NCBI GenBank assembly: GCA_900767715.1
Contig: CAAGAD010000005.1
Coordinates: 19,697-83,696 of the forward strand
Source of the DNA: Clostridia bacterium
Lineage (GTDB): Bacteria; Bacillota; Clostridia; Christensenellales; UBA1242
DNA: 64,000 nt
Direction: 5' to 3'
The translations under genes were made by a program, and so were the position numbers. Shown here piece by piece: positions 7,510-15,923 of the stretch; position 1 is the stretch's first letter; every line of letters begins with the position of its first letter. The notes under the pieces are model-generated. The model was not told where the DNA came from and searched no databases. It saw nothing but the letters and a program-made list of their open reading frames with translations.

Positions 7510-8748
7510 ATGAACACTAGACTATACGAAACATTGAAAGAACGTGGCTACATTTACCAGACCACGAACGAAGAAGAAGTAAGGAAACTTTTGGACGGCG
7601 AGCCAACCGTGGCTTACGTCGGCATTGACCCAACAGCAGACAGTTTGCACTTGGGACATTGTTTGCCACTCATTATGGCAAAATATTTGCAAGATGCTGG
7701 TCACAAACTGATTATCGTGCTAGGTGGCGCGACAGCAATGATTGGCGACCCATCGGGCAAGAACGATATGCGCGCTATGGTTAGCAAGGATTTCGTCAAC
7801 AAAAACCGCCCAGGCATTGAAAAAGCACTTTCAAAATTCATTCGCCTTGACGGTGACAACCCGGCAATCGTCGTAAACAACGCCGATTGGTTCAAGGGCT
7901 ATGACTATATCGACTTTATGCGCGACATCGGTGTGCATTTCAACGTCAACAAAATGCTCAGTTGCGACGCATACACCAACCGACTCGCTAATGGTGGCCT
8001 AACATTCTTTGAAATGGGTTATATGCTTATGCAAGCGTACGATTTCGTTTACCTAAACAAAACCTATGGTTGCCGACTCGAATTCGGTGGGTCTGACCAA
8101 TGGGCAAACATTTTGGCGGGTGCAGATTTGGGCAGAAAACTTGCCATTCAACAGGGCAAGGACGCGGAAACTTTCCAAGCATTCACCAACGTGCTTTTGC
8201 TCAACGCTGACGGCAAAAAAATGGGCAAAACGGAAAAAGGTGCACTTTGGGTGGATAAAGACAAATGCTCACCTTATGATTTTTACCAATACTTCTACAA
8301 CTGCGACGACAGAGATGTGGAGAAGTTGTTGAAACTTATTACATACTTGCCACTAGATGAAATCAAAACTTTAATGGCGGGCGACATTCGCCTTGCTAAG
8401 AAGCGTATGGCATACGAAATCACCAAACTCATTCACGGCAAGGAATTAGCCGACCAAGCAGTAGCGACGGCGGAGAGTTTGTTCGGTCAGGGTGGCGGTG
8501 ACAACGCTCCAACCAAAGAAATTGCAAAAGACGAACTAGGTGATAACAATCTAATTATCGACGTGTTGGTTAAGGCAGGACTTGTGTCCAGCAAAGGCGA
8601 AGCGCGTCGTCTAATCGACCAAAAAGGTTTGTATATGGCAGATGAAGTGATTGCCAGTGCCACTCAAACTATTTCAAAGGCCGAACTAGAAAAGGGAATA
8701 ATCTTCCGCAAGGGCAAGAAACAATATTTGAAGATAATTGCAAAATAA
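7510..8748 (+). CDS. tyrS: Tyrosine--tRNA ligase
   Basis: 412 aa. HIGH-type motif SLHLGH, KMSKS-type motif KKMGKT, and a C-terminal S4-like domain (SSKGEARRLIDQKG). Confidence 0.92.
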   Translation: MNTRLYETLKERGYIYQTTNEEEVRKLLDGEPTVAYVGIDPTADSLHLGHCLPLIMAKYLQDAGHKLIIVLGGATAMIGDPSGKNDMRAMVSKDFVNKNRPGIEKALSKFIRLDGDNPAIVVNNADWFKGYDYIDFMRDIGVHFNVNKMLSCDAYTNRLANGGLTFFEMGYMLMQAYDFVYLNKTYGCRLEFGGSDQWANILAGADLGRKLAIQQGKDAETFQAFTNVLLLNADGKKMGKTEKGALWVDKDKCSPYDFYQYFYNCDDRDVEKLLKLITYLPLDEIKTLMAGDIRLAKKRMAYEITKLIHGKELADQAVATAESLFGQGGGDNAPTKEIAKDELGDNNLIIDVLVKAGLVSSKGEARRLIDQKGLYMADEVIASATQTISKAELEKGIIFRKGKKQYLKIIAK

Positions 8749-8773
8749 GGGCTCAGCCCCTTATTTTTTTTTT
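8746..8773 (+). terminator. Rho-independent terminator
   Basis: TAAGGG-CTCAGC-CCCTTA followed by a T-run of more than 10. Confidence 0.75.
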
Positions 8774-8811
8774 GCTCTTGACAACTGACAATTTTGTGTT
8801 ACCATAGAACT

Positions 8812-9531
8812 ATGAATTTAACGTGTGATGAAGTTAGCAATATGGCACAACTGCAAAAACGAGGACGTCTTCAACCCATTACGCCCTATGTTTCGTATTT
8901 TGACGAGTATGCTGATATTGAGATTTTCGAGGCAGTTAGACTTTTGCATCGCGCGTTTTCACAAGAACACAATTCACTCATTGACCGCATCATTACAAGT
9001 GTGACCGATTCCAATTCAATTTTTAAAAGATTGCGTGACGAAAAGAAGGTTGTGTCTATTTCAAAACTTACAAGTTTCAAGAAAATGCCAGCTAAGTCAA
9101 AATTGCTAAAAGAGCGTGAGTGCTATAGCAATGCTATGAGATTGACTCTTTACGGGGTTGCAGACAAAATGATTGCTGGCACAGCGACGCTCCCAATTTA
9201 CGATGATTATGGTGAACTAATTAGACACACATTTATGCACGCTGTGGCAGAAAAAGACGGAATGATACTTGACTACAACTATGGCATTGCAATGGATAAG
9301 GAAGAATATTTGCGACTCTTTGCCTTTGCGCCAATTGACGAAATCGACCACCAAGAACTTGTTACGCAATTTTATGTCAGTGAGCAGTACAAAGATAGGC
9401 TAGAAAAGATGCCAAATTGCACCACAATGCATTTTGTAATGGCAAATAGTGACTTTTGTAAGAAAGTGTTTGATTATGACCGCATTTGTGACCAATACGA
9501 AAAAAATAAAAGCGATGAGAGAAAGATTTAG
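8812..9531 (+). CDS. Hypothetical protein (start uncertain, possibly leaderless)
   Basis: Long ORF with no recognisable motif. The first ATG at 8812 lies about 7 nt after a TGT-TACCAT extended -10 (8797-8805), with TTGACA at 8778-8783. Confidence 0.5.
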   Translation: MNLTCDEVSNMAQLQKRGRLQPITPYVSYFDEYADIEIFEAVRLLHRAFSQEHNSLIDRIITSVTDSNSIFKRLRDEKKVVSISKLTSFKKMPAKSKLLKERECYSNAMRLTLYGVADKMIAGTATLPIYDDYGELIRHTFMHAVAEKDGMILDYNYGIAMDKEEYLRLFAFAPIDEIDHQELVTQFYVSEQYKDRLEKMPNCTTMHFVMANSDFCKKVFDYDRICDQYEKNKSDERKI

Positions 9532-9574
9532 TGTTCTCGGTCGCTTTTTTTCATAACAAATTGGCAAAAAACCA

Positions 9575-9603
9575 TTGACACACGGGCGCGTAAGTGGTAG
9601 AAT
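9575..9603 (+). promoter_or_regulatory. Sigma-A type promoter of rpmG-secE-nusG-rplK-rplA
   Basis: TTGACA (9575-9580), 17 nt, TGG-TAGAAT extended -10 (9595-9603). Confidence 0.6.
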
Positions 9604-9647
9604 ATTGACAAGATCTCGAAAGAGGTTGTTTTTTAACGGAGAAAATT

Positions 9648-9797
9648 ATGTTAGACAAAATTACACTTGCTTGTACTGAATGCAACAATCGCAACTATCA
9701 AAGTACAAAGAATAAGAAAACTCACGCAGACAGAGTTGAATTGAAGAAATATTGCCCAACTTGCAAAAAGCACACTGCACACAAAGAAACAAAATAA
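9648..9797 (+). CDS. rpmG: 50S ribosomal protein L33 (49 aa, below the ORF-track length cut-off)
   Basis: Hand translation gives [49 protein letters not shown]. It has the CxxC...CxxC L33 signature and the conserved position upstream of secE-nusG. Confidence 0.9.
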   Translation: MLDKITLACTECNNRNYQSTKNKKTHADRVELKKYCPTCKKHTAHKETK

Positions 9798-9807
9798 GGA
9801 GTAGCGT

Positions 9808-10167
9808 ATGGATCAAGATAATATCCAAACACAAGAAAATTCTGCCCCTGAAACAGTTGTTGTAGAGAATGCAGAAAAGAATGATAACGCCGTTATCGAA
9901 GCAAACGTAGCGAAGAATGCAAAAGAACCAAAGCCTGCAAAGAAAGAGAAAACTAAAAAGAAAAAAGAAAAACAACCTAGCAAAGTAGGCAAAATGGTTA
10001 AAGATACCACCAGCGAACTCAAAAAAGTTACATGGCCAACATTTGCGCAAGTCGTTAAACGCACAGGCGTAGTTTTGGCTGTGGTATTGGTGTTTGCTGT
10101 CGTAATGTTCGGCATTGACCGTTTGCTCGGCTGGTTGTACTCATTGCTTATCAATTTGGTGGCTTAA
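9808..10167 (+). CDS. secE: Preprotein translocase subunit SecE with a Lys/Glu-rich N-terminal extension
   Basis: The C-terminus TSELKKVTWPTFAQVVKRTGVVLAVVLVFAVVMFGIDRLLGW is SecE-like. It lies in the rpmG-secE-nusG synteny. Confidence 0.85.
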   Translation: MDQDNIQTQENSAPETVVVENAEKNDNAVIEANVAKNAKEPKPAKKEKTKKKKEKQPSKVGKMVKDTTSELKKVTWPTFAQVVKRTGVVLAVVLVFAVVMFGIDRLLGWLYSLLINLVA

Positions 10168-10179
10168 AAGGAATAGTTT

Positions 10180-10719
10180 ATGGCAATTACCGCAGATATC
10201 GATAAAGAACCTAAATGGTATGTGTTGCATACCTATTCTGGCTATGAGAACGTAGCCAAGCAAAATTTGGAAATTGTTGTTGACAAATTCAACTTGCACG
10301 ACCGTGTGTTCGACATCGTCATTCCTATGGAAGACGTGCTCACCGAACGCAATGGTAAAAAGGTGCTCGTCAGTCGCAAAATGATGCCAGGCTATATCAT
10401 TGTAAAGATGCTTTACGGTGATGACATTTGGCACGCAATTACCAAAACACAATACATTACAGCATTCGTTGGTCCGCAAGGACGTCCTGTTCCAATCAGC
10501 GAAGAGGAAGCACAAAGACTTCGCTTGGAAAAGGTAAGCGTTGACATTAAACTTGAAGTAGGCGACTCGATAGAGATTGTCGACGGACCATTGGCTTCGT
10601 TTGTTGGCAAAGTAACCGCAGTTGATGCGGAAAATCAAAAATGCAAGGCAAAAGTGGAAATGTTTGGTCGCGAAACAGAAGTTGAACTCGGCTTTTCACA
10701 ATTGCGCAAAGCAGACTAA
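10180..10719 (+). CDS. nusG: Transcription termination/antitermination factor NusG
   Basis: KWYVLHTYSGYENVAKQNLE NGN domain plus a C-terminal KOW (GDSIEIVDGPLASFVGKV). Confidence 0.92.
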   Translation: MAITADIDKEPKWYVLHTYSGYENVAKQNLEIVVDKFNLHDRVFDIVIPMEDVLTERNGKKVLVSRKMMPGYIIVKMLYGDDIWHAITKTQYITAFVGPQGRPVPISEEEAQRLRLEKVSVDIKLEVGDSIEIVDGPLASFVGKVTAVDAENQKCKAKVEMFGRETEVELGFSQLRKAD

Positions 10720-10822
10720 TTCATTTTGGTTTATACGGCTCGCCAAAGCCGTGTGAATATATTGGGAGAAATGTAAATTTTGTATGCATTTCGTATAACC
10801 ACATTAAAGGAGAAAGGAATTT

Positions 10823-11248
10823 ATGGCAAAAGTATTAGATTCAAAAGTTAAACTCCAATTACCAGCCGGCAAGGCTACTGCTGGTCCACCAGTTGGCTCA
10901 ACTCTTGGTCCAAAAGGTATCAACCTTGGTCAGTTCGTAAAGGAATTTAACGAAAAGACAAGTGCACAAGCAGGACTTATCATCCCTTGCGTCATTTCAA
11001 TTTATAAGGATAGAAGTTTTGACTTCATTCTTAAAACACCACCAGCAGCAATTCTCATTATGAAAGAATTGGGCATTGAAACTGCTAGTGCAAAACCAAA
11101 TAAACAAATCGTCGGCACACTAACAAAGGCACAAGTTCGCAAGATTGCTGAAACTAAAATGCCTGACTTGAATGCTGCTTCTATCGAGGCTGCTGAAAGT
11201 ATGATTCGTGGCACTGCTCGTAGTATGGGCGTTAAAGTGGAGGATTAA
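10823..11248 (+). CDS. rplK: 50S ribosomal protein L11
   Basis: 141 aa. [29 protein letters not shown] is the canonical L11 N-terminus. Confidence 0.95.
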   Translation: MAKVLDSKVKLQLPAGKATAGPPVGSTLGPKGINLGQFVKEFNEKTSAQAGLIIPCVISIYKDRSFDFILKTPPAAILIMKELGIETASAKPNKQIVGTLTKAQVRKIAETKMPDLNAASIEAAESMIRGTARSMGVKVED

Positions 11249-11250
11249 TT

Positions 11251-11940
11251 ATGAAGACTAGTAAGAAATATGCTGAATCTCTCAAACTTATTGACCAAAC
11301 TAAGACTTATGATGCCAAAGAAGCATTGAAGGTATTGACTGAATTGCCAAAAGCAAAGTTTGATGAAACTGTTGAATTGCACGTAAAACTTGGTGTTGAC
11401 GGCCGTAACGCTGACCAACAAGTTCGTGGCGTAGTAGTATTGCCAGAAGGTACTGGTAAGAGCGTTCGCGTTTTGGTTATTGCCAAGGGCGACAACGCTG
11501 ACAAGGCAACTGCTGCTGGCGCTGACATTGTTGGCGCTGATGACATCATCGCTAAGATTGCTGGCGGTTGGCTAGACTTCGACGTCTGCATCACCACACC
11601 AGATATGATGGGTATGATGGGCAGAGTTGCGCGCGTTTTGGGACCAAAAGGCTTGATGCCTAATCCAAAGAGCGGTACTGTTACTATGGACGTTGAAAAG
11701 GCTATTAAAGACGTCAAAGCCGGTAAAGTTGAATATCGTCTTGACAAGAACAACATTGTTCACGTCATCATCGGTAAAGTAAGTTTCGGCACTGACAGAC
11801 TTAACACCAACCTTGAAGCCGTTATGAACGCTATCATCAAGGCTAAGCCTGCTGCTGCAAAGGGTACTTATTTGAAGAGTGTCTATCTTGCAACCACAAT
11901 GAGCCCAAGTGTTAAAATTAGTTACACTGCTCAAAACTAA
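11251..11940 (+). CDS. rplA: 50S ribosomal protein L1
   Basis: 229 aa. [24 protein letters not shown] and [23 protein letters not shown] are typical L1 blocks. Confidence 0.95.
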   Translation: MKTSKKYAESLKLIDQTKTYDAKEALKVLTELPKAKFDETVELHVKLGVDGRNADQQVRGVVVLPEGTGKSVRVLVIAKGDNADKATAAGADIVGADDIIAKIAGGWLDFDVCITTPDMMGMMGRVARVLGPKGLMPNPKSGTVTMDVEKAIKDVKAGKVEYRLDKNNIVHVIIGKVSFGTDRLNTNLEAVMNAIIKAKPAAAKGTYLKSVYLATTMSPSVKISYTAQN

Positions 11941-11948
11941 TTGAATCT

Positions 11949-11980
11949 AAAAAAAAAGAAGTCAATCGACTTCTTTTTTT
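11949..11980. terminator. Bidirectional rho-independent terminator
   Basis: AAAAAAAGAAGTC-AATC-GACTTCTTTTTTT between the convergent rplA and the 88-aa ORF. The stem is nearly identical to the terminator at 13985. Confidence 0.75.
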
Positions 11981-11986
11981 ATTTCA

Positions 11987-12253
11987 TTATTTGATTGGTT
12001 CGTTGATGTCATCAAATTCGTGTGACAAAGCTTCGGCAATAACTTCCAATTCGTCAACTGGGCTTTCAACTAGGTCGAAAGATTTACGTCTAACTGCGAA
12101 ATCTACTAGCGGATTTCCTTTGCGCGCATTCATTGTGTCCGCCATACGATGTGCAGAAATCTCATTCTTTGTCACAGCCACGATTTCGCTGTTCTTACGG
12201 TTGCCGTCGTATGCCAATGTCTTAATGATGTAATAATAAGTTTTCTTTTTCAT
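11987..12253 (-). CDS. Hypothetical 88-aa protein
   Basis: ORF with an acidic C-terminus and no recognisable motif. It lies downstream of the C39-like peptidase gene on the same strand. Confidence 0.45.
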   Translation of the reverse strand: MKKKTYYYIIKTLAYDGNRKNSEIVAVTKNEISAHRMADTMNARKGNPLVDFAVRRKSFDLVESPVDELEVIAEALSHEFDDINEPIK

Positions 12254-12305
12254 AATCTACCCCTTGAATTTTAGTAAGTCTATTTTATCATAGATTGACG
12301 TTTTG

Positions 12306-12881
12306 TCAATAGGTAGTTAGCAAAACTATTTCACGCTTTGCAATAGGTCCAAGGCAAAATTCATCTTCTTTGGTGGAGTTGAAATATTTCTTATTTACAA
12401 TGCGATTGTACTGGGTTGGGTGGTTAAAGTCGGCAGTTATGTGTGGGTTATTTTCGTACTCACTTGCTGGGTTAAAGTATGGGTCGAATAGGTAAACGAA
12501 TTTGTCATCAGCATTCGTCACAGTTACATAATGCTCAACCTCTTGATAGGTGCGTAGGTTTACGCAACCGCCAGCCTTAACACAGTCTTCAATCTTTTTG
12601 AGAGTGACGCTTTTGCCGTCCAAGTACTCACAGCGAAGGTGAAAATTTTTTGTGCGGGCAAAGTCACAAATCCAGCGCGTTAAAAACTTGACGGCTTCTC
12701 TGCTAGTGCCTTTTTGCCCAAGATTGCCGTGCTCGTCATAGCAATCTAGCGTATATGTGTTGATTGCTTTGATTAGTTCGGCGGGTATGTACTCGCGCTC
12801 GAATAGATAGGTTATGCAGTTGACAAGGCTTACGCTTCCGCAGTCAAATTCGGTAATTTGGTATCTCAATGGTGTCTTCAT
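12306..12881 (-). CDS. Stand-alone C39-like (papain-fold) cysteine peptidase domain protein
   Basis: YQITEFDCGSVSLVNCITYLF has Gln and Cys spaced as in the C39 QxxxxDCG motif. A later VEHYVTVTNADD supplies His/Asp. No ABC transporter domain is attached. Confidence 0.55.
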   Translation of the reverse strand: MKTPLRYQITEFDCGSVSLVNCITYLFEREYIPAELIKAINTYTLDCYDEHGNLGQKGTSREAVKFLTRWICDFARTKNFHLRCEYLDGKSVTLKKIEDCVKAGGCVNLRTYQEVEHYVTVTNADDKFVYLFDPYFNPASEYENNPHITADFNHPTQYNRIVNKKYFNSTKEDEFCLGPIAKREIVLLTTY

Positions 12882-12930
12882 ATTCTTTATTATAAGTCTT
12901 TTGACTCAAAAGTAAAGCAAATGCTATTGT

Positions 12931-12959
12931 TTGACATTTGTTTTTATATATTTTAAAAT
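12931..12959 (+). promoter_or_regulatory. Sigma-A type promoter ending 7 nt before the nrnA-like ATG (possible leaderless transcript)
   Basis: TTGACA (12931-12936), 17 nt, TAAAAT (12954-12959), ATG at 12966. No purine-rich SD lies between. Confidence 0.5.
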
Positions 12960-12965
12960 ATATTT

Positions 12966-13937
12966 ATGAAAAAATACAGCAAGTTAAAACAATTAAATGG
13001 ACTAAAAAAAGTTTGCATTTTGACGCATGTAAATCCGGACAACGACGCCGTTTGCTCGTCTATCGTGCTGTCAAAATTTATTAAATCACAATTCAACGTA
13101 AAAAATGTGGATATTTTCGCGGATAATTTTGAGAAATTCAGCGGGCGCAAATATTTTGATAAATATGTAAATATCTGTGAACCGAAATCTAAATATGATT
13201 GCGTCATTATGATGGACGCCAACGAGTCATCAAGGTTGGGAAAATATGAATCGGTTTTTTTGGCTTGCAAAAACAGAATTTGCATAGACCACCATACGCG
13301 AAAGACCACGCCAGCAGAAACATATATTCACGAGTTGGTGTCGTCAACGTGCGAGATTGTGTACGATATTTGCGCCGAATATGGTTATGCACTAACCAAA
13401 GCCGATTATGGAATGATTTATGCTGGACTTATCAGCGACACGGGTTGTTTCGCGGTGGGTGATGTGGATAAACACGCTTACGAAATCGCCGGCGAGTGCG
13501 TCGAACATATTGACCAACCACTCATATACGAGAAGTGTTTTAGCGAAATCAAACCAGTAGTTTTGGACTTGTATGCGAAACTTATCAAAAATAAAAAATC
13601 GTATTTCGGTGGGCAGTTGATTTATAGTATTATAAAGAAAGACAAGACGCACATTTTCGAGAATTATTCCTATGCAATCAATAATTTGCAGTATTTGCAA
13701 GGGTGTAAGATTTGCATTGTGGTCGAACCAATCGAAAGCGGATATTACGTGCATTTGCGTGCCAAACGCGGTTATGATGTGTCAGTCATTGCCAATGAAA
13801 ACGGCGGTGGCGGGCATAGGGGAGCGTCGGCATTTAAAACACAAATGAGTGCGCGCACTCTTGAAAAATTTTTGGTGGCTGAACTGGGTAAACAACTCAC
13901 CGAAAATCCTGTTGAAACGAACGATATTTTCGGTTAA
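12966..13937 (+). CDS. nrnA: DHH/DHHA1 phosphoesterase (NrnA-like oligoribonuclease / pAp phosphatase)
   Basis: Motifs THVNPDNDAVCS, MMDAN, IDHH and GGGGHRGASAF (DHHA1). Confidence 0.85.
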   Translation: MKKYSKLKQLNGLKKVCILTHVNPDNDAVCSSIVLSKFIKSQFNVKNVDIFADNFEKFSGRKYFDKYVNICEPKSKYDCVIMMDANESSRLGKYESVFLACKNRICIDHHTRKTTPAETYIHELVSSTCEIVYDICAEYGYALTKADYGMIYAGLISDTGCFAVGDVDKHAYEIAGECVEHIDQPLIYEKCFSEIKPVVLDLYAKLIKNKKSYFGGQLIYSIIKKDKTHIFENYSYAINNLQYLQGCKICIVVEPIESGYYVHLRAKRGYDVSVIANENGGGGHRGASAFKTQMSARTLEKFLVAELGKQLTENPVETNDIFG

Positions 13938-13984
13938 TGAAAACAAATTTTTGAGATGACGAAAATTAATCGTAATAGAAATAA

Positions 13985-14012
13985 AAAAATGAAGTCAACC
14001 GACTTCATTTTT
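13985..14012. terminator. Bidirectional rho-independent terminator
   Basis: AAAAATGAAGTC-AACC-GACTTCATTTTT between nrnA (+) and the initiator tRNA (-). Confidence 0.7.
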
Positions 14013-14017
14013 ACATA

Positions 14018-14095
<78 letters not shown>

Positions 14096-14237
14096 ATGTA
14101 TTTATAGTATATAACAATTTATGCCTACTGTCAATAAAAAATTCATAAAATCACGTGAAATTTTTGTAAAATCTAGCCAAATCACCCCAAAACTCCAAAA
14201 TAACTTGGGTATTTAGGCGCTAATTTGTAAAAAATTG

Positions 14238-14266
14238 TTGACAAAACAATCTATTTATATTATACT
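14238..14266 (+). promoter_or_regulatory. Sigma-A type promoter of the tRNA-Met/tRNA-Glu unit
   Basis: TTGACA (14238-14243), 17 nt, TATACT (14261-14266). Confidence 0.6.
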
Positions 14267-14286
14267 AAAAAAGTAAGTCACAGCGT

Positions 14287-14363
14287 GGCGGTATGGCTTA
14301 GCGGTCTATAGCGATCGGTTCATACCCGATAGGTCGGTGGTCCGAATCCACCTACCGCCACCA
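14287..14363 (+). tRNA. tRNA with CAT anticodon (elongator Met, or Ile2 if lysidinylated)
   Basis: Acceptor GGCGGTA/TACCGCC, anticodon arm ATCGG-TTCATAC-CCGAT, T arm GGTGG-TCCGAAT-CCACC, ACCA end. Confidence 0.85.
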
Positions 14364-14372
14364 TACATTTAT

Positions 14373-14447
14373 GGCCCTATGGTCAAGTGGTTAAGACATC
14401 GCCCTTTCACGGCGGTATCGTGGGTTCGAATCCCGCTAGGGTCACCA
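14373..14447 (+). tRNA. tRNA-Glu (anticodon TTC)
   Basis: GGCCCTATGGTCAAGTGGTTAAGACATCGCCCTTTCACGGCGG... closely resembles Bacillus tRNA-Glu. The anticodon loop is CTTTCAC, the T loop TTCGAAT, and CCA is encoded. Confidence 0.9.
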
Positions 14448-14454
14448 CAATCTT

Positions 14455-14484
14455 GTTCAAACTGCAAAAGTTTGAACTTTTTTT
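14455..14484 (+). terminator. Rho-independent terminator after the tRNA pair
   Basis: GTTCAAAC-TGCAAAA-GTTTGAAC followed by TTTTTTT. Confidence 0.8.
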
Positions 14485-14563
14485 ATGTTTTGCAACTTGT
14501 ACAAACTGACAAATAGTTTGGGGACATTTTTGTGTATTAGAGAATAAACATAAATGATTGATG

Positions 14564-14592
14564 TTGACATACATAAATGAATGTGATACAAT
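14564..14592 (+). promoter_or_regulatory. Sigma-A type promoter
   Basis: TTGACA (14564-14569), 17 nt, TGA-TACAAT extended -10 (14584-14592). Confidence 0.6.
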
Positions 14593-14611
14593 CGCAGAAC
14601 GTAGGTGAGAT

Positions 14612-14977
14612 ATGCAAGAACAAGTTAAATTCCATAATGAAAACGAGATAGACAAATACGTAAACAAGTTGTTGCTGTTTGCCAAGATTTACACGATAAA
14701 ATATGACGCAGACGTAGAGAAACTTTCGCACGAAAATAAGACTAATGTTGTCAAGATGATTTGCGAAATGGCATATTCGTTGTCGGTTGATGACTTGAAA
14801 AAAGTGATTTTGAAGTTGAAAGAACTTTTGAACTTTGCGCAACAAGACATTTCTAACGGCAGACGTTCATCGGCATATATCAATGAGTGCTATGATACGA
14901 AACTGGCGTGCTTGAAGGTTTTGACAATATGCCACAATGTGTTAGTAGATAAAAGCGAAATGGAAAATATAAAATAA
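14612..14977 (+). CDS. Hypothetical 121-aa protein (helical, no motif recognised)
   Basis: It has its own promoter, SD AGGTGAG, an ATG and a terminator. Confidence 0.55.
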   Translation: MQEQVKFHNENEIDKYVNKLLLFAKIYTIKYDADVEKLSHENKTNVVKMICEMAYSLSVDDLKKVILKLKELLNFAQQDISNGRRSSAYINECYDTKLACLKVLTICHNVLVDKSEMENIK

Positions 14978-15005
14978 AAAATGACTAGGATAGTCAATTT
15001 TTTAT
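14976..15005. terminator. Bidirectional terminator
   Basis: AAAAAATGACTA-GGA-TAGTCAATTTTTT between convergent genes. Confidence 0.6.
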
Positions 15006-15175
15006 TCAATAATATCGATTGAGTTGATGTGGGTGAATATGAAGAAATATTTTTCGTCAAGTTCCACACCGGTTTCGTCCATTCTGGTCACTGTGCCTGT
15101 CATAGTGTTGTTGGGTAGGGTGCTAAAACCCGGTGCGATTTCAATTCTCACTCTTTTGTTTAAAAAGTCGTTCAT
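15002..15175 (-). CDS. Hypothetical 57-aa protein, translationally coupled to the upstream kinase gene
   Basis: The ATG overlaps the upstream stop (TAATG), with GGAG 7 nt upstream. Sequence begins MNDFLNKRVRIEIAPGF...; a small beta-rich fold is possible. Confidence 0.45.
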   Translation of the reverse strand: MNDFLNKRVRIEIAPGFSTLPNNTMTGTVTRMDETGVELDEKYFFIFTHINSIDIIE

Positions 15176-15747
15176 TACACACTCCACAAATCTCTTTCTT
15201 TTGCATAAGTCACAATTTCATCTGCCAACTCGTCTGGTGATTTGTTTGACGAGTCGAGTATAAGGTCATAGTTCGACATATCTAAATTATCTACGCCATA
15301 ATATTTTTTGTAGCGTTCGTTCTCGCTCTTCATTCGGCTATTGATAGATGAAATGGTCTCTTCAATCTTGTCAAAATTCTCCACACTGCCACGCGTGCCA
15401 TCATTCAAAATTCGTTCTGCTCGAACGCGCTCGTCCGCCGTGATAAACACCTTGATACTGTTTGGCACGAAATGCCAAGCCATACGGCTGTCGAATATCG
15501 CGTGCTTATTTGCGCGCAAAAATTCATTACTGAGTTCAATGCTGGCTTGGTCAATCATTTTGTCAATCTCTGGGTCGATTTCTGCGAGTTGATTCATCTC
15601 CAAAATTGTGATGTTTTTCTCTTCTGCCATCTTGCGCATAATGTGACTAATTTTGACGTGTTGAAGTCCGTATTTTTTCTCCAAAACTTTGCACACAGTG
15701 CTCTTGCCACTGCCTTGCGTTCCTGCAATCGTTATAAACATAAACAC
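15175..15747 (-). CDS. Cytidylate kinase-like family P-loop NMP kinase
   Basis: ITIAGTQGSGKSTVCKVLEKKYGL P-loop with overall COG1102-like organisation. Confidence 0.7.
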   Translation of the reverse strand: MFMFITIAGTQGSGKSTVCKVLEKKYGLQHVKISHIMRKMAEEKNITILEMNQLAEIDPEIDKMIDQASIELSNEFLRANKHAIFDSRMAWHFVPNSIKVFITADERVRAERILNDGTRGSVENFDKIEETISSINSRMKSENERYKKYYGVDNLDMSNYDLILDSSNKSPDELADEIVTYAKERDLWSV

Positions 15748-15923
15748 CTTCCCGCATAGGATAAAATTTGCTTCACGTGAATGGCTGGATTGACGACAAG
15801 TTGTGCTTGCAATTTATGAATCACAATCAACTGCCAAATGACCACCCCGAGCAAAATTGCAATCACCAAAATGCCTATGATAAAGACGAGTCGGGCGAGT
15901 TTTTTTGGGTCTTTTTCTTGCAC
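15732..15923 (-). CDS. Small single-pass membrane protein (possible FtsL/DivIC-like, judged only from its position after yabP-yabQ)
   Basis: 63 aa with a basic N-terminus, one TM (LVFIIGILVIAILLGVVIW) and a short helical tail. It overlaps both neighbours by 49 nt and 16 nt, so it may not be real. Confidence 0.3.
   Translation of the reverse strand: MQEKDPKKLARLVFIIGILVIAILLGVVIWQLIVIHKLQAQLVVNPAIHVKQILSYAGRCLCL

Noticed and set aside
8770-8810. Apparent repeat between the promoters at 8778 and 50615 (CTTGACAAC...GTGTTAC(C/A)ATAGA)
   Set aside because: The similarity is confined to the -35 and extended -10 consensus positions plus a few flanking bases. The downstream proteins are unrelated. 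It is most simply two strong promoters.
9661-10154. 129-aa and 113-aa minus-strand ORFs antisense to rpmG/secE
   Set aside because: They are shadow frames over a conserved ribosomal/sec operon. Phe/Cys-rich composition.
14407-14845. 92-aa and 102-aa minus-strand ORFs overlapping tRNA-Glu, its terminator and the promoter/5' end of the 14612 gene
   Set aside because: They overlap a tRNA and a well-formed promoter/SD/ORF on the other strand.
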